This document shows positions 24,001 to 34,894 of a DNA stretch of 64,000 bases, in pieces. The notes beneath the pieces were generated by a model. It was given only the letters and a program-made list of their open reading frames with translations. It did no database searches and was not told the DNA's origin. Location of the stretch: the NCBI GenBank assembly GCA_965153285.1, contig OZ229120.1. One strand, 5' to 3'. This stretch comes from Podarcis tiliguerta (lineage: Eukaryota). Numbering within the stretch: the stretch's first letter is position 1; every line of letters starts with the position of its first letter. The position numbers and the translations under genes were made by a program.

Positions 24001-27000
24001 ACACCAACCAAATTGGCAAGCATACAATGGCTCTAGTTTAAAACAAAGCCTATTAGAGGTACAAATAATTATTATTTAATCTCCCTTGGTAACTTGTGGA
24101 TTATTGGAATTCTTGATGAAACAGTCTGCAAGATTTTGTATTGACTGAAAGAAACTCTAATGCAAAAGAACAACAACCCACTATATGCTTAAGATGACTG
24201 CAGATTTGAGAAGTAGTCTGCCTCCCTCATGTCGTACCATTAGCATAGAAAGCATGAATTAATAAAAAATGTCACAATGTTACATAATGATAACAATTAA
24301 CAGTGTGAGGACTCATTAACAGTACTCTTAGCACTCAACTTTTAAGTAAATTGTCACATTTCTAACCATGAATTTATAACACTTCACAGATTTAGTTTCA
24401 ACCAAAAAATTAATTTGGCTAGCTAAATGCTGACACTTTTTTTATGGCTGATAGCAATTAAGCATTTTAGATGCATTGTATAGTATTCAAACCTGTTTAT
24501 TTTCAAAGCTTAGAAAGAACTGTGAAACTAATAACAACTGAGTTATGAGAATGCGTTGTTTCTTTATGTGTCCTAATGCTACAGTTGTTGTTCACTGTAT
24601 ATCATCTTACTATCAGCCTTTATAAAATGTATCCATTTCAGCGATGGATCATTTGAGCATGCCTATGCAATTCACAATTGAAAACTCTGGCAGCCCTATC
24701 TAGTACTACCAAAATGATATCAATGAACTGGATGGAGTTACCTACCACAGGAACAATTACCCGATCAGGGTCAAATACCCTTCCACCTTTCTACCTGAAC
24801 ACCTGCAAATTGAGCTGTGTCCCATTCAGAATTTTAAGAACAGAGCCATTGTCAGGGAAGTAGTTTGTTTCTGGGAGAAAATTATGCCAGTTCTCTTTTA
24901 AATGAAAGACAAGTCTGTTGTTACTTAAGGGATATTAGGCTTCACTGCATTTTTGAGGAAAACAAATTTGCTGTAACTTTATCTGTAATGTAGTACTGAA
25001 TAGGTGCAAATAGGCTCTACATTGTATGTAGCAGAGCAGGGGAAATAAGGGTTTGTTAAAACCATAAAAGGGATTTGTAACCATTATATTTCTAAGGAAC
25101 TGCTTTATCAGAGTCTGGGTTATAGGGGAAATGTTTTAGTTACAGCCTTAACATTAAATGCTTGCCTTGTATTTTACTCAAATGTAGTCTAAAAGAAGCA
25201 GGATTTTGTCTGTTCTGCTCACTTTGTGAAATCACAAATTTCCTGAAAGTAAACAGGCTTATAGTCTTCCATTTAGTGTTTTTAGCTAGCCAAGGATTAC
25301 AGCACAGACTAAACCAAATTAATCATTCGCAAAACTGAACATTGATTTGTTTTGTGCTATGACTTTAGTTTATTCATTTAGTAAATAGCTGCTGATTTCA
25401 CTATTTCACTTTTTATTTTTTAAAAATACAACTTTAAGTGCAGTTAAAATGCATCAGCGCATTAATTTCCCATTTACTCAGAGAAAATATTCAAAGCTAA
25501 ATATTTTCCTTAGTGTTTCACTGGGTTATTTTACTTGGCTCATTCAAAATGCCTTTTGTATCTAATATTAACAATACATCTTGACTTCACCATAGCAGTT
25601 TATTCTTATAGAAAACAAGACAAAACAAATGGTATAGAGAATACTTTGTCTTCATGAAAAGTGTGTTGCTGAGTCGTCTATCTTAATTTCTTTTTTTTTA
25701 AAGTACAAATGTGAAGTGAAACTACTAAATTTATTGAGAGATATTTGTGAATGGAGTCTACCTTATATATTTCAGGAAGCAGCCCTGAGAGTCAGAGGAA
25801 GGGCAGGTGAACAGTTGTACCTGCTAAAACCAAGGGTCAGTTAATTAAACTCAGCAATTTTTCACCATAGTTTTCAGGATCATGCATGCAGATCCTGTAA
25901 ACCAAGATTCATGTGAAATTGCTGGTTATGAAATAAAGGTAATGGAGATTTGTACACTTCAAAAGACTGAACCTGCACTTCTCTGTACACTTACTTGGGA
26001 GTAAGCTTGTTGAAGTTGGTGGGACTTGCTTTTAAGTAAACATGATTAGGAACAACCTGTAACGGTGTGAATGTTTACTTAAAAAACAAATCTCACGGAG
26101 TATTTGAGTATTTATTTCTGGGTTAGAAGTTTATTTTAGGACCAAACTATTAATCTGTAACCTTATGGGAAAAAAATTGGGAGTAAATTCCACTAAAAGT
26201 CAGACCTGCAAGTAAACGGGACTTGGCAGTAAAAGTGCAACCCAGAGCCCTTTTAATAAGTGGGATTTCAGTATACTGAGAATAAAAGTGTTGGTTGCCT
26301 GAACAGAATCATGCCACATCTTCTGTGCCCTTTTCTGTCAGTAGCAAGATGCAAAAAGCGCTACTTGACTGACAGAATGGATCCATATTTACCATGATGT
26401 TGAAGCTGTCTGTATTTAGATCTAGAAATAAAAGTTATCCTTTAAAATGGCATTATATATGTTTCTGTTGTAAAAGTTAGAAAGTATAATTTAATTGCCA
26501 TACCACTAAAAACCATTTTATGTCCAGGATGGATGAGGCACAATTTTAGTGAGATTTAAAGTACAAAGCAGCATAGGCAAACCAGATTAAAGAATGATTT
26601 ATTATATTTGGGTTTTCACTTTTATTCACCTTTAAGACATCTATTTTAAAAGAAAGTTTAAAAATAATCTTGATAACCAGAACAAATGATAAAAATGAGA
26701 CATCGAATTCACAAAGGCTTTATAACTTTATGACAAGTAATTCATCTTTTGGGGTTAGTATAGCATTCTGCACCAGCATATGACTCATAATTGACAATCT
26801 CAGTTGTATTTTTGTTCTTTTATGGATTTTAAAGACTGAATAATGCTAAAGATCAGAAATCTTTTGGAAAACCCATGCATTAATTATTATTTTTCAAGAA
26901 ACATTGTTAAAAGTTTTTAAAGGTAGTGATGCTTGTTTTTATGCAGAGAGAAATTTTGTGGGAAGACAGAGTTGTCATTAGAAATATGGAAATAATTCAT

Positions 27001-28049
27001 GTCTTAATTCATACGCATTCTGAATCATGGAGCTTCTGAGAACTAATGTAGAATTTCAGCAGAGTTTATAAGCACATTGAAGTAATCTCTAAAAATATGT
27101 AATTGGCCAAGATTTGATGTTCACATGTGAAATCCAGTTTTAAGGCTGACTTTTCCTCTTAGTATTTCAGTGGGCACAGTTCTCCCGTATAATTTAAGGA
27201 TCTGTGTTGATCATTTTAAGACTAGCCCTATTCATTTTAAAATCTGTTAAAATATTTTTTTAGTTTGTATTTTGTATTTTCCTTAAAAAATAATAATTAT
27301 AAATTGTTGTAAATTTCAATACAGTTGAATTGGTTTTTTTCTAATACAGTCCTTTTAAAAGCCTGTAATATTGCCTCCCACCAAATATATTCACCATGAT
27401 TACAGTACAAATAAAAATGGCACTTAAAAAAAGTCAGCCCAATAGAGAAGTTTTTGCAAAGTAGGCATAATGCATTTTAAAAAATTAAATATTAAGTAAA
27501 AATGCATTTCTCAGTTTCAAATTGGAATCATTTCATTATAATGAACACATTTATGTATTTTTTTATTTTAAAAGTTTGCTCTTTAAATATTTCCAAAACA
27601 TTTTTTTAAATTGTAATTAGATTATTAGGTCAAAAATCTGCAGATTTCCATCCTGATTTTTTTAAGCTGAATAGAATAAATTTACAGCAATATAAAGTGA
27701 ATGTTTTTTTAAAAAAATATTCAGCAGTGTTTGCATTTAGATGGCACCCTTTCTTGATTTTAGACTCTTAAATAAGATTAGTGGAATTGAACTGTTACTG
27801 TAAAATCTGTATGCATACAATACTTCAGGCTGCAGTAGTCTTAAAACAAATATTAAACCTATTGATAGCTCTTTTGAATTATTTTAAAAAGAGTTTGTTT
27901 AATCAGTAATATGTATTGACATAGTTAATTTGCACATTTAATAGAATAAGAAATGTGAAGTGAAAATGTTGAATTCAGCTCACAGCTGTTTTACAGAGAA
28001 AAGCCATCTCATACCGATGTTGTAAACTAACGAAGTGGGTAAATTCTTT

Positions 28050-28175
28050 GGGTGATATTCAGCTAAGTCATATTCAGAGTAGACCCCCATTGAACTCTGA
28101 GCATGAAGGACAATGGATATCACCCGTTGATTTTAATGGGCTTACTCTGAGTATGGCTCTCATTGGATATCACTC
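28050..28175. mobile_element. Short palindromic MITE-like repeat (copy 1)
   Basis: gggtgatattca...catattcagagtagaccc / gggcttactctgagtatg...ggatatcactc fold-back; related copy at 62344-62450. Confidence 0.7.
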
Positions 28176-29399
28176 TTCATCATTTGCACAAAAAGCCTCC
28201 AACACGTATAGATTTCTGCCCACCATTTAATAAAATTCATTATTATATGTAGTTTGGAAATATTTTTAAGATGCTACTGTGTCCGTTAGTGACAAAATGT
28301 AGTGATTCTGTACAATGCATTAATTGTCTTTCTGAAACAGGTGTAGCTGATGCCCTGATTATGCTTAAACTATTCTAGGAAATAGTATTTAGAAGTCAGC
28401 CTGATTCAAAGGCTCCTTTTGTAGTTGCAGGAATGCTGAGATATTCGTAGAGTTCTTCTGCATGTAAGTGATTTTCCCATTCACTTTCCTGTTAAGAGGA
28501 GTTCTGGCTAGGCATCTCCTCTACATCCCCTCTCCTTGATGGAATTTCAATGTAGAAGCATTAGATCATGATCAGTAAGCACCAGCGGCGGAAGAGTATC
28601 AGTGTCTTCCCCCACCCCCAATTTTTAAGCTTGCCTATATCTTTGTTGTAGAATGCTAGCTTGCCTTGTTTCCTTGAGTTCACTAACTGCACTTTTAGAA
28701 AATGCCAAATAAGAGAAACTCATAAAAGCAAATGTGTGTTAATATTGGATTAACGGGGATGGAGGGAGAGAACAGTTTAAATGTTGGGATGGGGAGCTAG
28801 ACAAAAAATAAAAATAAGGCCATTCTAAAAACTCTGTATAATAAGCAAAACAAACCTTTTATACATCTGCTATGTCGATATTTTAATATGGGGCGTTGTG
28901 GTGATTTTTAAAATTTCCGTCTTGTCTGTTGAACAAAATAACCATTAAATGTTGTTCTTCTTTTGAGCCTGTAGGTAGCACTGTTGCCTCACAAAAGCAA
29001 TGATCTGTCAAAGAGGCACGGCCTGTTTTATTTATTTATTTAATCTTGGTAGCCTAAATCCTAGCTAGCAGTACATTTGCATAATTTCCAGACTTTCATG
29101 ATGATCTGTGCTATTACAACAAGTGGCCTAAATATTGTCTTGGCCTTGGTGGGTCTCTCTTTCAAAGATGTTGTGTTCTGTTCTTTCCCTCTGTGATCTG
29201 ATGGAGCCTCAGCTCAGCACCAAAGCCCAGTATGCTATTTGAAATCCCGAAAGTTACAGTGATAAGCTATCTGAAAAGAAAATTCTTTTTTAATGCATTG
29301 CTTTTCAGATACAAATGCATCTGTGGGGTTCTCTCTTAACGTTCTGCATTCCATTTTCTTCTTTATACAAAACACTATTCAGCACTTGCTTTATTTTCA

Positions 29400-29830
29400 A
29401 CTCACTAATGAGGTAAATGAAGTCTCAATCTCTTAATCTTGCTTTTCTTTTCATCTCCGGACACGGCCACCTACAGTATTTCCATTAACTTGTGTGAGAA
29501 CTGGATTGGTTCGTATGAGAGTGGCATATAGCAGTAGTAAGCGGTCCCTGCACGGCGCTTACACCATTTATTAACTAGTACTCTGAAGTTAGCAGCATGT
29601 GTGAATAACAGTTGCTGTTTGGAGAGTTCCCTGGTAAATGCTGTGAATGACCGCTGTAGGGTGAAACAACATAATTCAAAGCTTGCACGTTCGTAATTCT
29701 CCCAGAAGGGATGCATTGTCTTAAAATTTCCCAGAATGGCTAGTAAACAGAACACCAGCTACCAAAGTGCATCTTTGTCCAAGGTTCACATGGCTTTACC
29801 AGTGGCACTTTGAATAATCAAAATAGCCTT
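29400..29830. promoter_or_regulatory. Candidate conserved non-coding element
   Basis: Complex non-repetitive sequence with retained CpGs inside a TE-poor block; GTGAGAA (29494), CATTGT (29714), TTCCCAGAA (29728). Conservation not verified. Confidence 0.4.
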
Positions 29831-31408
29831 TTTTTTTTACCAGGGGGTTTGTTCTGCCCCTTAATACGTACTTTCTTTTAGATCCATTATACCCATAATC
29901 AGTATATGCTACCAAAGGAGATTTAGTTATTATTCTAACTAGCAATCATAGCTTCCCTGAATGAAAATTTGGAGCTTTATTCTATTTTATTAACAACAAA
30001 GCAGAGAAAAATACTGTTTTGAAGTTATCATAGATTTGTTATATCTTGTCTCTAAGGAAGATGGCCTTTAACGATTACAATAGTTTCCTTTTATTCATTT
30101 GTTTTTTTGGTTAACATAAGGCAGCTGTGAGTGTAAAATTCATTGAAATTCACTAAGTGGGATTCAAAAAAAACTTACAAAGGCCTATTAATGTGCATCT
30201 TTATTATTCCTTTGTCAGTGTGCTGCACCATGGGAGACTTGAGAAGGGAACACTACAGCCTTCTATGAACAAGCTGTTTTCTAATCATATTATCTGTGCA
30301 TTTGTGCGTATACTAGAACATGCAAAGTCAAATGCAGGTGGGAGGGAGCTAACCTTTGACTCACTGTAGCAGCAAAAATATTTCAGGCTATCAGCATGGG
30401 AGTTTTCAGCTTTTCATTGTCTCAATAGAATAGAAGGTATCTTTATCTTGAAGGCGAAGAGCACAAATAGATCCCCTGTGTATGCTGTACCACTGTTTGC
30501 ATGGATTCTTATAAAATGTGAACCTTGCAATTTGAAAAATTAGTGAGGGAATTCAAGCATAAAAGAAGCCGAGAAAAAGTATTATGCTATCTTATCTGAG
30601 TGAATGCAATAAGGTTAACAACGAGAGCCTCTCTTGCCTTTTTGGGGGGTGTATGTGATAGGTTCTCCTTTCTCTTTTTCTTCTCCCCCTGCTGCCTCCG
30701 CCCCAATTTTCACTGTCACTAGCGAAGTTAGAACAACTGGTGTTCACAAAAATGTTCATAGCTTTATTAGTCAGAGAAGGGAGACCATTTCCATTGTAGA
30801 GGGCCCCAAAGAATGAATAAGAGCTGTTGAATGCCTGGGCTCCATTGAACAGGAACACAAACTGATGTAAAGGAATCTTCTATCTATACATAATGAAATC
30901 TTCACAATGTTTTCATTTTTTCTTCCTTGTGGAAAGCGCCCAATACAATATGCTCTAGCAATAATGATTTTTTGTGTGTGTGTCTACAAAGTTATAAAGC
31001 TTTTATTTACATGAGAAATAGCTAAGCCAAGTAGGTATCTTAATTTTGAAAATAAGTAAATAAAAAACTGCCCTTGCCTAGTAATTTGGCAAAGCAAAAA
31101 GAAATGGGGGGGGGGGAGGTCTGTTGGTAACCGTAAATGCTGCTAGGATTCAAAGAGTTACCAATCACTTTTGCCAGCTCAGTAAGCTTTGCTGCTTTCT
31201 TATTCTGCCTGCAACATAGATGCACTGGGTGGCAGTCCAGAAGAGGCTTCAACATTTCAGGTGATGCAGGAGGGCTTCAGTACGAAGGTAGTGGGCTCAG
31301 AAGCCCCTGACTCAATTGTGCTTTGTAGAAAATGTAGACTTGGATGTAATTTAAGCAGTGGCAAAACACAGGTGATATTATGATCCTATATTATTTAGCT
31401 GAAATAGT

Positions 31409-31750
31409 GGTCTTGTAGCCCTTTAAACATTAACAAATTGATTGTGACATAAGAATTCATGGTCTGGAATCCACTTCATCAGATGCATGAAGTGTTATCT
31501 TCAACTGGCAGGTGTATATACATATGGGTGTTGAGAAAGGAAAATTATAAATAGTAGGGTCAAATGGTAATGAAATGCAAAAATGCAACAGTCTGTGTAC
31601 TTTGACCCTACTGTTTACATGTCATGCATCTGATGAAGTGGACTTGAGGCCACTAAAATTTATGCCATAATAAATGTGTTTAGTCCTGAAGGTGCTGCAA
31701 AACCTTTCATTGGTTTTGCTACAACAGATTTGCACGGCTACCCTTCTGGA
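31409..31750. mobile_element. Penelope-like element remnant with inverted terminal repeats
   Basis: 21-bp perfect inverted repeat tccacttcatcagatgcatga (31470-31490) / tcatgcatctgatgaagtgga (31622-31642), followed by ...ataaatgtgtttagtcctgaaggtgc...cacggctaccc, typical of reptile Penelope ends from recall; inner inverted repeat ~31548-31564 / 31601-31617. Confidence 0.75.
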
Positions 31751-31882
31751 AACATTTACATGGTGTGGCTGAAGGTGTTGTAGATGTGGTGGTGGTGGTA
31801 GTTGTTGCTGTTATCTTCACCAGGTTGTCCAGGGCTGGCCTTAGGGAAGTCAGTAGTCAAATGTAAAATGTAGAGTACTTGT

Positions 31883-33522
31883 GTTGCCACCCTCTGGACC
31901 TCTCAAGGAGGAGGCACACAAAGAAGGGTCTTGGAAGATGATCTCAGGGTCCAGGTAGGTTCATTTGGAAAGAGGCGGCCCTTGAGGTATTGCAATCCTG
32001 AGCCATTTAAAGCTTTATAGGTCAAAACCAGCACATTAAATTGGGCCCAGAAACTAATTGGTAGCCAGTGCAGTCGGACCAGGATCGGTATAATATGCTA
32101 AAACTCTCTTGCTCCGGTGAGCTGCTGAATTCTGCACTAGCTGAAGTTTCCGAACCATCTTCAGAGGCAGCCTTACATATAACGCATTGCAGTAATCTAA
32201 CCTTGAGGTTACCAGAGCATAGACAACAGTAGTTAGGGTATTCTTTTCCAGATAGGGGCGTAGCTGGGCCACCAGCCAAAACTGATGGAAGCCAGTCAGG
32301 GCCACTGAGGTCACTTGAGTGTCGAGCGACACCAAAGGATCCAGGAGTAACCCCAGGCTACAAACCTGCTCCTTCATAGGAAGTGTAACCCCATCAAAAG
32401 CAGGCGATCTCCCACCCATCCGGTCTAGGGAACCACCCTCTAACAGTGCCTCAGTCTTATCTGGATTGAGTTTCAGTTTGTTGGCTCTCATCCAGTCCAT
32501 TACGGAGGCAAGACACTGGTCCAGCACTTCCACTACCTCACCTACAGATGTAAAGGAGAAATAGAGCTGAGTGTCATCAGCATACTGCTGACAATGTACT
32601 CCAAAACCTCTGGATAACCGGGGTTGTTTCCTGTAGATGTTAAACAATGTAGGGGATAGGATTGAGCCCTGCAGAACCCCGCATTGAAGATTCCACTGGG
32701 CTTAAAAGCATTTCCCAAGCAACACCCTCTGGGAAGGACCTTCCAAGTAGGACTGGAACCACCGCAAAGCAGTGCCACCCACCCCTAGTTCGGACAGTCG
32801 CTCCAAAAGGATACCATGGCCAATGGTATCAAAAGCCATTGAGAGGTCAAGAAGAATTAACAGGGACATGTTTCCCTTGTCTCTCTCTCAGTAGAGGCAA
32901 CCAAAGCAGTTTCTGTGCCAAAACTGGGCTTAAACCCCATTTGAAATGGATCCAGAAAATCAATTTCTTCCAAAAGCGCCTGGATCTGGTCTGCAACCAC
33001 TCGCTCCAGAACCTTGCTCAGGAAAGGGAGATTAGCAACTGGTCAGTAGTTAGTTAGGTTTTCCAAATCTAGGGAAGGTTTCTTAAGGAGTGTTTTTACC
33101 ACTTCCTCCTTCAAACAGGCAGGGACCACCCCCTCTCATAAAGAGTAAAGTTACCAGGCGTCCCCTTTTCCCGGGGACAGTCCCCGGATTTACAAATCAG
33201 CCCTCATACAAAATCCATTGAAGTTGAAAAGTGTCCCTGGATTCATCGAAAAAAATCTGGTAACCTTAATAAAGAGGCATAGTTCACCTTCCTGACCCAG
33301 CCAGCTGTTTCCTCCCTGCTGGTTTTTATCAGCCAAGAGGGGCATCCTGACTGATCTGAGCACCTTGTCCACATCCTTGAGCCTTACCAACTGAAACTCA
33401 TCCAACAAGACTAGACTGTGCTCTGGACACCCCATGAGATTCATCTGCTCTAACAAGAGAGTAAGGGTCTTGGTGGATTCAAGCAATTTTATCCTCAAAA
33501 TGCTTTGCAAACAAGTCACAGC
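31883..33522 (-). mobile_element. L2-clade LINE ORF2 (RT) fragment in inverted orientation
   Basis: ORF 32054..32647: QQYADDTQLYFSF...WMRANKLKLNPDKTEALL...LDYCNALYVRLPLKMVRKLQLVQNSAA; upstream CDLFAKHFEDKIA at ~33481-33522; multiple frameshifts. Confidence 0.92.
33146..33268. mobile_element. hAT (Blackjack-like) MITE, 123 bp, nested in the L2
   Basis: TIRs taaagttaccag / ctggtaacctta; perfect 8-bp TSD ataaagag at 33138-33145 and 33269-33276. Confidence 0.9.
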
Positions 33523-33681
33523 AAATGTGGGAGTTTTTTTGGGGGGGGGCTATTGAGCTGTTTTTATTCTGGTTAAGTATTTTGTGGTTTTATATTTTGA
33601 CTTTATTCTGTGAACCACCCTGAGACCTCCGGTTATATAGGGTGGTATATAAATTCAATAAATAAAAATAAAACAAATAAA
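33523..33681 (+). mobile_element. L2-type 3' UTR and tail in sense orientation
   Basis: T-rich tract, then tgtgaaccaccctgagacc...tatagggtggtatataaattcaataaataaaa: the ccaccct/agggtgg stem-loop plus (AATA)n tail. Confidence 0.8.
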
Positions 33682-33939
33682 TACTTGTTCCAACAGAAAA
33701 TAACCCCTCTCTTTTTCTAGATGAGTTTTCACAGCGCATCTTGTAATCATAATTCAGATACTTTACTGGCATAGTTATAGTATGCATATATGCCTGAGTA
33801 TATACAAAGGGATGACTCCAAGCATTTGCTAGGATGTGAGCAAAGGACTATATGTTCTGCTACCCAGGACATGCTCAGATCACATGCTGTGAGTCCTTTG
33901 TGTCTCGTATTGGGGACAATGTGTTGCACACTCTGACCA

Positions 33940-34230
33940 GAGGCAACCAACTTCAGTGGCTTTAAAAGAGGATTAGATCAATTCATGGAGGATAAGACTA
34001 TAAGGGCCTGCTATGCTAGCCAGTATATTCCACTGTTTGCTGCCTTGGAAGTCAGTATGCTCCTACAAAGCAGCTTCTGGAAACCATAGGAGGAGAGAGT
34101 TCTGTCACACTCAGGCCTGTTTGCAAGCTTCCCCTGGCATCTTGTTGGCCACTATGATAACAGAATGTTTAACTAGAAAAAGGGCACTAGCTGGATCCAG
34201 CAGGGATCTTCTTACTGTCTGTCTTATGTG
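33940..34230 (+). mobile_element. CR1 LINE 3' end
   Basis: ggctttaaaagaggattagatcaattcatggaggataag (FKRGLDxFMED) and 3' end ...ctggatccagcagggatcttcttactgtctgtcttatg. Confidence 0.75.
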
Positions 34231-34779
34231 AACACTACACCTCTCTGCTTTTGAGATTCTTGCTATAGCACGCTATTCAATTCCTATGTTCCTGTCAGAG
34301 TTGTTGGATATCCTTGTGCACTGTACTAACATTTCAGGAAGGCAGATCCTGTGGATGCCTGAAAATGTAATGTGCTTCCAGAGAGCTCCAGGAATACAAG
34401 TATATATATACAAATAACATACTGTAGTCATTGAGGCTTTAAATTTCCATTTATTTTAATCTTACACCTCCTAAGTTACGGAAGTATCAGAAATTGTGAA
34501 ATGCCAAAATTTTGTTGGGTTGACTGTTGATATCAAGCTGAATTCCTGTGATGGCACACATTGGGAATTTCTGGTGTATTTTGGTAGGAGGACTGGGAAA
34601 GTACCCAAAATTACAGTGACTTTCCAAGGGTTCAGACAGGTATGGGTTAAATGAACCAAGGCAACTCTACATATGTTTGAGTCACAAAATTGTACCAAGC
34701 AAATGTGTTTGGGTTAGTGTCTCTCTTTTTGCCACATAGGCTATATACGACAAAGTAATGCAAAAATAACTTTTGGGCC

Positions 34780-34894
34780 TCCAGGGGGCCAAAAGTTACA
34801 AGTCCCGTCATCCCTGGTCATTGACCATGCTTCCTGGGGTTCATGGGAGTTGTAGTTCAGCAGCATCTGGAGGCCCAGAGGTTCCCCACACCTG
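34780..34894. mobile_element. Diverged relative of the palindromic hAT MITE
   Basis: ...catccctggtcattgacc...tgggagttgtagttcagcagcatctggaggcccagaggttccccacacctg shares sequence with the right arm of 11272-11407. Confidence 0.65.

Noticed and set aside
32054-32647. 197-aa ORF as a host gene or domesticated RT
   Set aside because: It is a fragment of a frameshifted L2 ORF2 whose upstream part is interrupted by a MITE; no sign of preserved coding integrity.
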